A stretch of 32,000 nt of DNA from contig OW818675.1 in assembly GCA_942493095.1 (NCBI GenBank), positions 1,830,001-1,862,000 of the forward strand, given 5' to 3'. This document shows, in pieces, positions 1 through 9,844 of this stretch. The notes under the pieces were generated by a model that was given only the letters and a program-made list of their open reading frames with translations, did no database searches and was not told the origin of the DNA. Source of the stretch: Candidatus Electronema halotolerans. GTDB taxonomy: Bacteria; Desulfobacterota; Desulfobulbia; Desulfobulbales; Desulfobulbaceae. The translations under genes and the position numbers were made by a program. Each line of letters opens with the position of its first letter. Position 1 is the first letter of the stretch.

Positions 1-800
1 CCTCCGATGTAGTCGTACATATAGAACGAGGCAAGATACTTGGCCGGATCGTCCATCGGGCTGCCCGCGCCTGTAACCGCGATGAGATGCTTGGCCGGAT
101 TCAGCCCGGCCTCAGTCAGGGCCGCCCGGACCAAGTCCTCGTTGGTGCGGGTTTCAAGGGTAGTGCCGCTCTTAGAAACTACGTTGATCAGGGTGCGGGA
201 CAGATCAAGGCTGGCCAGCACAGCCGCAGCGTCGTCCGGGTCAACATTGGCGATGAACTTGGCCGAACGTCCTGGCAGACAGTATTTCTCCAAGGCTAAA
301 TACAAGGCGCGGGGGCCGAGGTCAGAGCCGCCAATGCCCACTTGCAGCATGGTGGTGAACGGTTCGCCTTTGGCATTGCAAATTGCGCCGCTTTCTATCT
401 CGGCAAGAAAGGCTTGCAGCCGAGCGAGCTGCTCCTTGGCCTGCGCAGTCGCTTCCGGGGCAAGGGGCGCATCGCTGAAAATATCCCGGCAGGCGGTGTG
501 CAGAACCTGCCGCTCCTCGCTGGCATGACCGACGATCCGGTTCATGACCTTGCCGCGCTTCATGGCCTTGAACTGGTCAACCAAGCCAGCCTCGTCCGCC
601 AAATCCTGCAAGGCGGTCAGGACACTGTCATCAACCCGCTGCGTTCCATAAAGCAGATCAAAACCGCAGGCTGAGGCTCGACAAGCAGCAATCCGTTCCG
701 GCGGCAAACTGTCAGACCGGGCCAGATTACAGGGATTCTGCGCCAGCTCTGTCAGCCACTGGACGGTCTTCAGTTCGACAAAATTCTTCCAATGCTTCAT
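1..800 (-). CDS. pgi: Glucose-6-phosphate isomerase, N-terminal part, gene runs off the window start
   Basis: Own minus-strand translation from ATG at 800: MKHWKNFVELKTVQWLTELAQNP...TTMLQVGIGGSDLGPRAL...FIANVDPDDAAAVL...VVSKTSGTTLET; AAAAGGAG RBS just upstream. Missing from the ORF track because it is open at the window edge. Confidence 0.93.
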   Translation of the reverse strand, partial: MKHWKNFVELKTVQWLTELAQNPCNLARSDSLPPERIAACRASACGFDLLYGTQRVDDSVLTALQDLADEAGLVDQFKAMKRGKVMNRIVGHASEERQVLHTACRDIFSDAPLAPEATAQAKEQLARLQAFLAEIESGAICNAKGEPFTTMLQVGIGGSDLGPRALYLALEKYCLPGRSAKFIANVDPDDAAAVLASLDLSRTLINVVSKSGTTLETRTNEDLVRAALTEAGLNPAKHLIAVTGAGSPMDDPAKYLASFYMYDYIG

Positions 801-817
801 GATCATCTCCTTTTTTT

Positions 818-1093
818 TCACCAGACCAGCAAATCTAACGAATACAGATATGCGAATGCCAGCAGAGAGCCGACTATGCCCAGCCAGACATCGTCCCAGC
901 TCCAGAGCTGCTTGCTCCAGAGATCAAGGGCCTCTTTGACCACATTGACCACAATGCCGGAAAGATAGAGCGGCGGCCAATACACGCCCAGCAGGGTGAG
1001 GGCAAAGCCCCAGAAAAAGTGCGCTTGGAGGTCGAAGCGGAAAATTCGCATCACGATCTCGCCCCAGTGCTTGTATCGCTCCAGCAGGCTCAT
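818..1093 (-). CDS. Small conserved-looking membrane protein (91 aa), function unknown
   Basis: Two hydrophobic stretches; ATG overlaps the stop of rpe (ATGA), same strand, lies between rpe and pgi. Confidence 0.7.
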   Translation of the reverse strand: MSLLERYKHWGEIVMRIFRFDLQAHFFWGFALTLLGVYWPPLYLSGIVVNVVKEALDLWSKQLWSWDDVWLGIVGSLLAFAYLYSLDLLVW

Positions 1094-1758
1094 TGCTTGA
1101 ATCCAGCCAGCTCCTTCATCTCCCGGATCACGGCGGCGTAATCCGGCTGACCATAGACAGCCGAACCAGCCACAAAGATATTGGCTCCGGCCTCAGCCAT
1201 TGCCTTGATCGTCTTGGGACTGATGCCGCCGTCAATTTCAATCCCTGCCGCCGGGTTGACCTGATCAAGCATGGCCCGCAGCTTGCGGCACTTGCCGAGC
1301 GTGGATTCAATGAAGGACTGGCCGCCAAAGCCAGGATTGACGCTCATCAGCATGACCAAATCCACTTCTTCGAGCACGTATTCCAGCGCAGAGAGCGGCG
1401 TGGCCGGATTCAGGACTGCGCCCGCCTTTTTGCCCAATTTGCGGATCGCGTTCAAGGTTCGGTGGAGATGGACGCAGGCTTCGGCATGAACCGTGATCCA
1501 GTCTGCCCCGGCCTCAGCAAAATCCTGCACATAGCGGTCCGGTTCAGTGATCATCAGGTGGACATCCAAGGGCAGCTTGGTCACTTGCCGGGCCGCCTTG
1601 ACCACCAGCGGGCCAATGGTGATGGCTGGAACAAAATGCCCGTCCATCACGTCAATATGGATAACATCAGCCCCAGCCTCCTCCACTGCCTTGATCTCCT
1701 CGCCAAGGCGGGAGAAATCAGCGGAAAGGATGGAAGGGGCGAGCATGAGGTTTTTCAT
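1090..1758 (-). CDS. rpe: Ribulose-phosphate 3-epimerase
   Basis: 222 aa with [53 protein letters not shown] and AGSAVYG motifs. Confidence 0.97.
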   Translation of the reverse strand: MKNLMLAPSILSADFSRLGEEIKAVEEAGADVIHIDVMDGHFVPAITIGPLVVKAARQVTKLPLDVHLMITEPDRYVQDFAEAGADWITVHAEACVHLHRTLNAIRKLGKKAGAVLNPATPLSALEYVLEEVDLVMLMSVNPGFGGQSFIESTLGKCRKLRAMLDQVNPAAGIEIDGGISPKTIKAMAEAGANIFVAGSAVYGQPDYAAVIREMKELAGFKQ

Positions 1759-1990
1759 GGTCTTTCCTTTGCTTCAACAGGAACGGCGCAGCAGGATTTT
1801 GTGCCGACAGAATATATCGAGAAACTTACCACGATCAGGCTTGCGCTGGCAAGGGGAGTTCAACAGCGGCGACAGGCGAATGAACATAACCGGTCTGCAG
1901 ATGCGCATTTTTTTATTTTCCTCAGCCAGTCTTCCTGATAAGCTGCACCGGACATCTCCTTCAATCTCAACAGCCAGCAGGCAGCCCATA

Positions 1991-3577
1991 ATGAGCAGCA
2001 CCTTGCAGCAGGAAATCCAGCAACGCCGCACCTTCGGCATCATCAGCCACCCGGACGCAGGCAAGACCACTTTGACTGAAAAGCTCCTCCTCTTTGGCGG
2101 GGCCATCAACATGGCCGGGGCGGTCAAGTCGCGCAAGACGGCCCGCCACGCCACCAGTGACTGGATGAGCATTGAGCAGGAGCGCGGCATCTCGGTCACC
2201 ACCTCGGTGATGAAGTTCAACTACCGCGACTTTGAAATCAACCTCTTGGACACGCCCGGCCATCAGGATTTCTCGGAAGACACCTACCGCGTTCTGACAG
2301 CGGTTGACTCGGCCCTGATGGTGATTGACTCGGCCAAGGGCGTGGAGGCGCAGACCACCAAGCTGATGGAGGTCTGCCGGATGCGCAACACGCCGATCAT
2401 CACCTTTATCAACAAGCTCGACCGGGACGGCCTGAATCCGTTCGACATTCTTGCCGATATTGAGGAAAAGCTCCAGATTGAGTGCGCGCCGCTCTCGTGG
2501 CCCATTGGCATGGGCAAGGGCTTCAAAGGAGTTTATGACCTGCGCCGCAATGAGCTGAATTTGTTCACGCCCAGCCGCGACACCCGTCCCGAAGACCGCA
2601 TTGTCGTCAAAGGCTTGGATGATCCGCGCTTGGACGAGCTGCTGGGACGCGATGCCGAACAGCTCCGCGAAGATGTGGAGCTGCTGCACGGCGCAGCCAA
2701 TCCTTTTGAATATGAGCAGTATCTGAAAGCTGGCCAGACCCCGGTCTTCTTTGGCAGCGCGATCAACAACTTTGGCGTGCGCGAGCTGCTCGACAACTTT
2801 GTCGAGCTGGCCCCGCCGCCCGGCCCGCGTCAGACCGTCAGCCGGATGGTCGCGCCGGACGAGGAGGCATTCAGCGGCTTTGCGTTCAAGATTCAGGCCA
2901 ACATGGACCCGGCTCATCGCGACCGCATCGCCTTTTTCCGCATCTGCTCCGGCAAGTTCATCCGGGGCATGAGGGTCAAGCACCACCGCCTTGGCAAAGA
3001 GATCAACCTCAGCAATGCCACGGTCTTCATGGCCCAAGAGCGCAGCCATGTGGATGAAGCCTATCCCGGCGACATCATCGGCATTCACAATCATGGCACG
3101 ATCAAGATCGGCGACACCTTCACCGACAAGGAGCCGCTCAAGTTCACTGGCATTCCCAACTTTGCCCCGGAGCACTTCCGCCGCGTCCTGCTCAAGAATC
3201 CGCTCAAGACCAAGCAGCTTGCCAAGGGCCTTGTGCAGATGGCCGAGGAAGGCGCAGTGCAGGTCTTCCGCCCGGTGCTTGGCAATGACTACATCCTCGG
3301 CGCAGTCGGTGTGCTCCAGTTTGAAGTGACAATGGCCCGGCTCAAGGCGGAGTACGGCGTGGAGGCAGTGATTGAGGGGACGAACTGGAACCTTGCCCGC
3401 TGGGTGAGCTGCGCTGATCCGAAGCGGCTCAAGGCCTTTGAGGCCAAGAATCAGGGCTATTTAGCCTTTGACGCAGAAGGGCATCTGACCTTCCTCTCCG
3501 ACGGCCAGTGGCGGCTCAAGCATGTCGGCGAGCTGTTCCCGGAGATAGTCTTTCATAAGACGCGGGAGCATGATTGA
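1991..3577 (+). CDS. prfC: Peptide chain release factor 3 (GTPase)
   Basis: 528 aa starting [49 protein letters not shown]...[21 protein letters not shown]; [14 protein letters not shown]; length typical of RF3. The ORF track starts too far upstream (1547). Confidence 0.96.
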   Translation: MSSTLQQEIQQRRTFGIISHPDAGKTTLTEKLLLFGGAINMAGAVKSRKTARHATSDWMSIEQERGISVTTSVMKFNYRDFEINLLDTPGHQDFSEDTYRVLTAVDSALMVIDSAKGVEAQTTKLMEVCRMRNTPIITFINKLDRDGLNPFDILADIEEKLQIECAPLSWPIGMGKGFKGVYDLRRNELNLFTPSRDTRPEDRIVVKGLDDPRLDELLGRDAEQLREDVELLHGAANPFEYEQYLKAGQTPVFFGSAINNFGVRELLDNFVELAPPPGPRQTVSRMVAPDEEAFSGFAFKIQANMDPAHRDRIAFFRICSGKFIRGMRVKHHRLGKEINLSNATVFMAQERSHVDEAYPGDIIGIHNHGTIKIGDTFTDKEPLKFTGIPNFAPEHFRRVLLKNPLKTKQLAKGLVQMAEEGAVQVFRPVLGNDYILGAVGVLQFEVTMARLKAEYGVEAVIEGTNWNLARWVSCADPKRLKAFEAKNQGYLAFDAEGHLTFLSDGQWRLKHVGELFPEIVFHKTREHD

Positions 3578-3985
3578 TCATCTGCTCTGGCTTAAAGATG
3601 ATGTTCTTTCATGCGCAGATGAAGCGTCAGCAGCTGACACGCCATCTGCGCATTTCGCCCACCGCATCCTTTGGCAGCAGCCGCAACAATTCGATTGACA
3701 AAATACCCGCCGCGTTTTAGTTTTCGCTGGATGCAGCACTGCCCTTCCGCATCTCTCCTCATCCTCACGCCGGAGAACGATCATGTTGACTATTCTATGG
3801 CAGCCTGTCGTGAATGCTCACCAGTGCAGTTGCTGCGGAGAATCTTGCTGAACTGATCAGTCTGACACGGGACAACTACAGCGGCAGACTGGTGGATATA
3901 TTGGACATCAGTCTGCCATAAGGCGCAGGCGTGAATCTGCGCATATCAATTTGACTTGCAGAATAAAGGTAAAGGAACAACATTC

Positions 3986-5281
3986 ATGCACATCAACACC
4001 TACGACCTGAACACACTCACAGCAACGGACAAGGCCAGAATCCTGCGCCGTTCCGAATTGGACATTGAGAGCTTTCAAGAGACTGTCCGGCCCGTGATCC
4101 GCGACGTGCGCGAGCAGGGTGATCAGGCCCTGATCGACTATTGCGCCAAGTTCGACAAAGTGACCATGCCTGCCTCTGCCCTGCAAGTGACTGAGGCGGA
4201 GTTTGCCCAGGCCGAGCGCAATCTCGACCCGGCCATCAAGGCGGTGATCGAGCGGGCAGCGGTCAATATCCGCAAGTTTCATCAGGCTCAGATGCCGGAG
4301 GAGATGTGGTTCACCGAGATTGAGGACGGCGTTCTGGCGGGCGAGAAGATCACCCCGATCACTTCGGTCGGCATTTATGTGCCGCGTGGCAAAGGCTCTT
4401 TCCCCTCGGTCATGCTGATGCTCGGCATTCCGGCAGTGATTGCCGGGGTGCCGGAAATCATCATCTGCACCCCGCCCACGCCTGAAGGGGGCGTTGATGA
4501 TGCCTCGCTCTTCACGGCCAAGGTCTGCGGCATTGAGACGGTCTATAAAGTCGGCGGGGCGCAGGCAATTGCGGCGATGGCCTTTGGCACCGAGACGGTG
4601 AAAAAGGTGCATAAGGTGATCGGGCCGGGCAATGCGTATGTTTCAGCAGCCAAACGCCTGCTTTACGGCCACTTGGACGTGGGCACTCCGGCTGGTCCGA
4701 GCGAGTCGATCATCCTCTGCGACGAGAGCGTTGATCCGAAAATCGCGGCCTTGGATTTGCTGATCGAGGCCGAGCATGGCCCGGATTCCACCGCCCTTTT
4801 GGTCACGCATTCACGCGAGCTGGCGGATAAGGTCAAAGCTCTGCTGCCGGACTTGATTGCTGATCTGCCGGAGAAGCGGCAGGAATTCTGCAAGACCGTG
4901 TTCTCGAACTACGGCGGCATTGTCCTGACCGCAGATTTGGCGGCCTCGATTGATTTTGTCAACGACTTTGCCCCGGAGCATCTGGAGGTGCTGACAGCCG
5001 AGCCGATGCTGGTTCTGCCGAAAATCCGCAATGCCGGAGAAATCCTGCTCGGCCAGCACACGCCGATTTCAATTGGCAACTACGCCTTGGGCGTGAACGC
5101 CATTCTGCCAACCGGCGGTTTTGCCAAAACTTTTTCCTGTGTCACGGTCTTTGACTTTCTCAAACGCTCGTCTATTGGCTATATGTCCAAAGCAGGCTAC
5201 GACAGCCTGAAAGATGTGGTGCGGCAGTTTGCCGAGTATGAGGGCTTTCAGTCGCATGCGAATGCGATTCGCAAGCGCTGA
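3986..5281 (+). CDS. hisD: Histidinol dehydrogenase
   Basis: 431 aa with YVPRGKGSFPSVMLMLGIPA, GGAQAIAAMAFGT, GPGNAYVSAAKR, GPSESIILCDE, EHGPDSTALLV, DFAPEHLEVLT and NYALGVNAILPTGG. Confidence 0.96.
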   Translation: MHINTYDLNTLTATDKARILRRSELDIESFQETVRPVIRDVREQGDQALIDYCAKFDKVTMPASALQVTEAEFAQAERNLDPAIKAVIERAAVNIRKFHQAQMPEEMWFTEIEDGVLAGEKITPITSVGIYVPRGKGSFPSVMLMLGIPAVIAGVPEIIICTPPTPEGGVDDASLFTAKVCGIETVYKVGGAQAIAAMAFGTETVKKVHKVIGPGNAYVSAAKRLLYGHLDVGTPAGPSESIILCDESVDPKIAALDLLIEAEHGPDSTALLVTHSRELADKVKALLPDLIADLPEKRQEFCKTVFSNYGGIVLTADLAASIDFVNDFAPEHLEVLTAEPMLVLPKIRNAGEILLGQHTPISIGNYALGVNAILPTGGFAKTFSCVTVFDFLKRSSIGYMSKAGYDSLKDVVRQFAEYEGFQSHANAIRKR

Positions 5282-5295
5282 GATGGTGGCAAGGG

Positions 5296-5321
5296 AGGGC
5301 GATGCTTGTGCTCGCCCTTTT
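5296..5321 (+). terminator. Probable rho-independent terminator downstream of hisD
   Basis: agggcga / tcgccct 7-bp stem, 9-nt loop, followed by tttt. Confidence 0.5.
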
Positions 5322-5353
5322 CGCATCGTGCGATTCAAGTTAAATGCGTGATG

Positions 5354-5569
5354 CTAATGCGCTCGCATTGCAGAGACTAATTGCTTCGCAAAGCGGGTCA
5401 TTTCATAGAATTGCTGTCGGTTTCCTGATTCAGCAACACCAAGGAGGGAGACCGACAGATTTTGCAGCAATGGATTGCTGATCACTTCGGCCCAGTCCAT
5501 GCGGCACTCCTGCTGCTGAAGAAAATTCTGTTGGCGGCGGAACTCGAATTTTCCAACATCCTGCGCCAA
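5354..5569 (-). CDS. Short hypothetical ORF downstream of pstA
   Basis: 71-aa ORF with a TTG start and no clear RBS; same strand as pstA. Confidence 0.25.
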   Translation of the reverse strand: MAQDVGKFEFRRQQNFLQQQECRMDWAEVISNPLLQNLSVSLLGVAESGNRQQFYEMTRFAKQLVSAMRAH

Positions 5570-5631
5570 TCCAGCACGCTCCGAACCGTCATGCTGTCAG
5601 AAGGCAGCCTTCGCCTCGTCAGCGGCAGCAG

Positions 5632-6477
5632 TCATATTTTCCTTTCCCGCACAATAAAACGCGCCACTATATTGAGCAGCAGCACAGCGGTCATGATAAG
5701 CAGCGAGGCTCCCCAAGCAATCTGATTCCAGTCATCATAAGGGGACATGGCGTACTGATAAATGGTGACAGTCAGGTTGGCAAGCGGTTCATTCAAAGAC
5801 TTCATCATATAGGAGCTGTTCAGGGCCGTGAAGAGCAGCGGCGCGGTCTCGCCGCTGACTCTGGCCACTGAGAGCAGCACCCCGGTGATCAGGCCGGACT
5901 TGGCAGCCCGGAAAATGATGTTCAGGGTGGCCAACCAGCGCGGATTGCCAATTGCCAAGGCTGCTTCGCGCAGAGCGTTGGGCACCATGCTCAACATGTC
6001 CTCGGTGGTGCGGGCTACAACCGGAAACATGAGGATTGCCAAGGAAACCCCGCCTGCCCAACCGGAAAAACTGCCAAACGGATAGACCAGAATCGAATAA
6101 ACAAAAAGGCCAAGAATGATGGAGGGAATGCCCATCAGGACATTGACCGTGAAGCGCACCCAGGCACCGAGGCGGCTGTGCTTGCCAAATTCAGCCAAAT
6201 AAACCCCGGCCATCAGTCCGGCTGGCACACCAAGGAGAACGGCGATGCCTGTCATGAGCACGGTGCCGAGAATGGCGTTGGCCACGCCGCCGCCTTCCAT
6301 GCCGGGCGGAGTGGGCAGCTGGGTGAAAAACTGCCAGTTGATCGCAGCAATGCCCCGGTCCACCACCACAAAAAGAATCCAGCCAAGAAAAAATATGCCG
6401 AGCAGGGCGGCGCAAACCGATATTGCCTTGACTGTCCAGTCAAGCAGCTTGCGGCTTTTGTCTGATCGCGGAATCAC
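5632..6477 (-). CDS. pstA: Phosphate ABC transporter permease PstA
   Basis: 281 aa multi-TM; GVPAGLMAGVYLAEFG, NVLMGIPSIILGLF, ALREAALAIGNPRW, GLITGVLLSVARVSGETAPLLFTA. Confidence 0.94.
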   Translation of the reverse strand: MIPRSDKSRKLLDWTVKAISVCAALLGIFFLGWILFVVVDRGIAAINWQFFTQLPTPPGMEGGGVANAILGTVLMTGIAVLLGVPAGLMAGVYLAEFGKHSRLGAWVRFTVNVLMGIPSIILGLFVYSILVYPFGSFSGWAGGVSLAILMFPVVARTTEDMLSMVPNALREAALAIGNPRWLATLNIIFRAAKSGLITGVLLSVARVSGETAPLLFTALNSSYMMKSLNEPLANLTVTIYQYAMSPYDDWNQIAWGASLLIMTAVLLLNIVARFIVRERKI

Positions 6478-7433
6478 AGCAGATCACCTCCCATCTTTCT
6501 TTTCACCCGCTTGAGCCAGAGCTGGGTGACGATTTGCAGGACAAAGGTCATCAGGAAGAGGACCAAGCCCAACTCCATCAGGGCACTCAGATACATTGGT
6601 TCTGCCGCCTCGGCAAATTCATTGGCCAAACGGGAGGCAATGCTGTTGCCTGCCTCGAACAGGGAAATGAAAATGTCGCTGCTGTTGCCGATGACAAAGG
6701 TCACAGCCATTGTCTCGCCGATGGCCCGGCCCAAACCGAGCAGGCAGGCTCCGATCATGCCTTGGATGCCGTAGCGGATGGTCACGTCCTTGGTCACTTC
6801 CCAAGTGGTCGCGCCCATGCCGTAGCCCGCCTCTTTCATCACATCCGGCACCATAGCAAAGACATCCCGCATCACGGTGCTGATAAAGGGCAGAATCATC
6901 AAAGCCAAAATAATTCCGGCGGTCAACATGCCGATGCCCATTTCCGGCCCTTGAAAGAGCGGCAGCCAGCCGAGATATTCAGAGAGCAGGGGCTGGACAT
7001 AATCGGCCATGAAGGGCGCAAAGACAAAGAGTCCCCACATGCCGTAGATGATGCTTGGCACAGCGGCCAGCAGCTCAATGGCATTGCCGACCAAGTAACT
7101 GATCTTGGGCGGAGCCAGCTCAACTAAGAATAGAGCAATGACCATGCTCAGGGGCACTGCTAGGAGCATGGCAATGGCGGTGGACATCAGGGTGCCGTAG
7201 ATGCTGCTCAGGGCACCGAAGTTCTGGCTGACCGGATCCCAAGCCGTGGAAAAAAGAAAGCTGATGCCGAATGCTTTGATAGAGGGCAGCGAGTTCCAGA
7301 CCAAGGAAATAAAAATGCCTGCCATGATCAGCAGGACCAGACCTGCGCAGGCAGCGGTGATGCCCCGGAACAGCAAGTCGGTGCTGCGGCTGGTCTTCCA
7401 GCCCTGATGCCTTCCTGTTGTGCTGTGCTCCAT
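6474..7433 (-). CDS. pstC: Phosphate ABC transporter permease PstC
   Basis: 319 aa multi-TM; ELLAAVPSIIYGMWGLFVFAP, MKEAGYGMGATTWEV, ACLLGLGRAIGETMAVTFVIG; stop overlaps pstA start. Confidence 0.94.
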   Translation of the reverse strand: MEHSTTGRHQGWKTSRSTDLLFRGITAACAGLVLLIMAGIFISLVWNSLPSIKAFGISFLFSTAWDPVSQNFGALSSIYGTLMSTAIAMLLAVPLSMVIALFLVELAPPKISYLVGNAIELLAAVPSIIYGMWGLFVFAPFMADYVQPLLSEYLGWLPLFQGPEMGIGMLTAGIILALMILPFISTVMRDVFAMVPDVMKEAGYGMGATTWEVTKDVTIRYGIQGMIGACLLGLGRAIGETMAVTFVIGNSSDIFISLFEAGNSIASRLANEFAEAAEPMYLSALMELGLVLFLMTFVLQIVTQLWLKRVKRKMGGDLL

Positions 7434-7478
7434 AAAATCAGTTCACGTGGAATTCAGTCTTGTTCAGGGCCGTTTCTA

Positions 7479-7721
7479 TTACAGCCGCTCTTCCTTGAGG
7501 CAGAAATGCAGGTCATTCAGGTGCATGGCCCGGACCCGCTTAGGAGTCCAGTGATGCTTCTGGATCAAATAATACCAGATCGCCTCCAAACCGGAAACCT
7601 GTTCATAGCCTTCCCGCTTGGCCAGCCGGTCGCCCAGCTCCGCCATGAGCTGTTTGCAGATGTTGTCAGCATGCTCAATCTCAGTCTTGTCAGATTTGGC
7701 TTTCACCTTGCATTTACTCAC
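7479..7721 (-). CDS. Small hypothetical protein (80 aa) within the pst cluster
   Basis: GTG start (VSKCKVKAKSDKTE...) preceded by GGAGG; same strand, between pstS and pstC. Confidence 0.7.
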   Translation of the reverse strand: MSKCKVKAKSDKTEIEHADNICKQLMAELGDRLAKREGYEQVSGLEAIWYYLIQKHHWTPKRVRAMHLNDLHFCLKEERL

Positions 7722-7808
7722 AACCTTGCCTCCGATTAAAACAAAAGTGCGGGCAGGAAGACCGCCTTCCTGCCCGTTGCTCTCCTGATCAGTCTTGCCG
7801 CTGCAAGA

Positions 7809-8864
7809 TTATTTTGCCGGCCAGACCGAGCTGCCGCCTGCGCTGATTTTCTTGGCCCAGGCTGCTTCAACCATCTCCACCACCTTGTCCGGCATGGAAA
7901 CGTAATGCAGCTTCTCAGCAGTCTCCTTGCCGTGCTTGTAGCACCAGTCAAAGAACTTGAGCATGGCCTGAGCAAGATCAGCTTTTTTCTGCTGTTTATG
8001 GAGAAGAATATACGAAACGCCAGTGATCGGCCAGCTGTCCTTGCCCGGCTGATCCGTCAGATACATGGCAAAACCGTCCTCAGCCTTCCACTCGGCATTG
8101 GCCGCAGCCGCCTGAAAACTTTCAATGGTCGGATCAACCTCGCCGCCGTCCCGATTTTGCAGTTTGACATGAGCCATCTTGTTCTGCAAGGCGTAGGCGT
8201 ATTCAACATAGCCAATTGAGCCGTTGACCTTGCGCACATAGGCGGAAACACCCTCGTTGCCTTTGCCGCCCACGCCGGTCGGCCAAGAAACCGTCTTGCC
8301 CTCGCCGACCTTGTCCTTCCATGCCGGGGAGACTTTGGTCAGATAGTTGGTGAAGATGCTGGTTGTGCCGGAACCGTCAGCCCGATGCACCACGGTGATC
8401 TTCTTGCCCGGCAGCTTGAGGCCCGGATTCAACCCAGCAATGGCGGCATCATTCCACTTGCTGATCTTGCCCAAGAAGATGTCAGCCAGCACCGCATTGC
8501 TCAGTTTCATTTCCCCGGCCTTGATGCCTTTGACATTGATGATCGGCACCACCCCGCCCATGATCATCGGAAATTGCAGCAGTCCGGCCTTATCCAGCTC
8601 CTGTTTTTTCAGCGGCGCATCAGACGCGCCAAAGTCAACCGTCTTGGCCTTGATCTGAGCAATGCCGCCGCCAGAGCCGATGGACTGATAGTTGAGCTGC
8701 ACCCCGGTCAGCCCGTGGTACTGGTGCGCCCACTGCGCATAGACTGGAAAAGGGAAGGAAGCGCCTGCCCCGTTGACTGACAGGGCTGCCCCAGCTGGAG
8801 CGGCGACATGCAGCACAGCGGCAACTGCGGCTGCGGTAATCCAGCGAACTGCATTCATTCTCAT
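7809..8864 (-). CDS. pstS: Phosphate-binding periplasmic protein PstS
   Basis: Signal peptide MRMNAVRWITAAAVAAVLHVAAPAGA; NGAGASFPFPVYAQW, NYQSIGSGGGIAQI, VVHRADGSGTTSIFTNYL, GYVEYAYA. ORF track start is 8900; ATG at 8864 preferred. Confidence 0.94.
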   Translation of the reverse strand: MRMNAVRWITAAAVAAVLHVAAPAGAALSVNGAGASFPFPVYAQWAHQYHGLTGVQLNYQSIGSGGGIAQIKAKTVDFGASDAPLKKQELDKAGLLQFPMIMGGVVPIINVKGIKAGEMKLSNAVLADIFLGKISKWNDAAIAGLNPGLKLPGKKITVVHRADGSGTTSIFTNYLTKVSPAWKDKVGEGKTVSWPTGVGGKGNEGVSAYVRKVNGSIGYVEYAYALQNKMAHVKLQNRDGGEVDPTIESFQAAAANAEWKAEDGFAMYLTDQPGKDSWPITGVSYILLHKQQKKADLAQAMLKFFDWCYKHGKETAEKLHYVSMPDKVVEMVEAAWAKKISAGGSSVWPAK

Positions 8865-9279
8865 AAGATACACCTTGCTTGAGGTTGGCTTCTTCTGCAC
8901 GTTTATATTTTATAAACAACTTGCGTGCAGAGTTCAATCTTTTCCTGAGGCAATATGCAGAGGTTTTGTTAGAAAATGATGAAGAAAAGATAAAAATAAA
9001 CTGATCAGGAAAAAAATGCCGGGCAGGATGCTGCCAAGGGCAGCCAGCGGCGATGTGATTTTTTTCCCGGCCTGATTGACAGATCGTCCAAGCATGCTTA
9101 TTGGTTTGAGGCGCAGGAAAGCAGCTCTGCGGCGGAGCAGAGTCCAAACAAGGCCTGCGAAAAAATAGCATGGCACCTGCTTGACAGAAAACAAATCGTG
9201 CTTAAATTACAGATAACCAAGAAGGGAGCAGTACGATTCCTGAACAGCAAATTTGATATAATCTTGACATTATTTGCGT

Positions 9280-9286
9280 AAAGGAG
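9280..9286 (+). promoter_or_regulatory. Strong Shine-Dalgarno for the Hsp20 gene
   Basis: Run of aaaggaggt immediately before tcATG at 9293. Confidence 0.7.
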
Positions 9287-9292
9287 GTAATC

Positions 9293-9730
9293 ATGAACCT
9301 GTCAGTATGGGATCCGTTCCGGGAGATGGAAGCGCTGTTAGACAGATACAGCAGATCAGCACGAAAAACAGCGGCTGCTGGCGACAGCAAAGCGATTGAG
9401 TCGGGTGACTGGACACCGGTCGTCGATATTGTCGAGAACGAAGGCAGCTTCATTGTCCGAGCCGAACTGCCTGGCGTGGCCAAGGATGATGTGAAAGTGC
9501 ATATCGACAACGGCATTCTCACCATCAAGGGCGAAAAAAAGGTGGAGAGCAAGGATGAGAAGCGGCATCGGGTCGAATGTCTGTACGGCTCCTTTGTCCG
9601 CAGCTTCACGCTCCCCCAAGATGTGGACGTGGAAAAGGTTGAAGCTGGATATAAAAACGGCATTCTCAGCCTGACTATTCCCAAGCTGGAAAAGGCCAAG
9701 CCGAAGCAGATCGAGGTGAAGGTTAGCTGA
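9293..9730 (+). CDS. Small heat shock protein, Hsp20/alpha-crystallin family
   Basis: 145 aa; WTPVVDIVENEGSFIVRAELPGVAKDDVKVHIDNGILTIKGEKK ... GSFVRSFTLPQDVD...YKNGILSLTIPK. Confidence 0.94.
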   Translation: MNLSVWDPFREMEALLDRYSRSARKTAAAGDSKAIESGDWTPVVDIVENEGSFIVRAELPGVAKDDVKVHIDNGILTIKGEKKVESKDEKRHRVECLYGSFVRSFTLPQDVDVEKVEAGYKNGILSLTIPKLEKAKPKQIEVKVS

Positions 9731-9814
9731 TTCGCCGTCTATGGCAAAGCAGCAAGATGTCTTCAGCATGGTTGTTATCGGGAAACACTCAACAGGGTGA
9801 CGACTGTATTTCGA

Positions 9815-9836
9815 GCGCAGCGAGAAATCGCTGCGC
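9815..9836. terminator. Strong GAAA-tetraloop hairpin between two convergent genes
   Basis: gcgcagcga-gaaa-tcgctgcgc, perfect 9-bp stem between the Hsp20 gene and the convergent acyltransferase gene; no U-tract, so the terminator role is uncertain. Confidence 0.4.
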
Positions 9837-9844
9837 GCTCTTCA

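Noticed and set aside
1093-1938. 281-aa plus-strand ORF
   Set aside because: Antisense to rpe.
1967-3175. 402-aa minus-strand ORF
   Set aside because: Antisense to prfC, which has unambiguous RF3 motifs.
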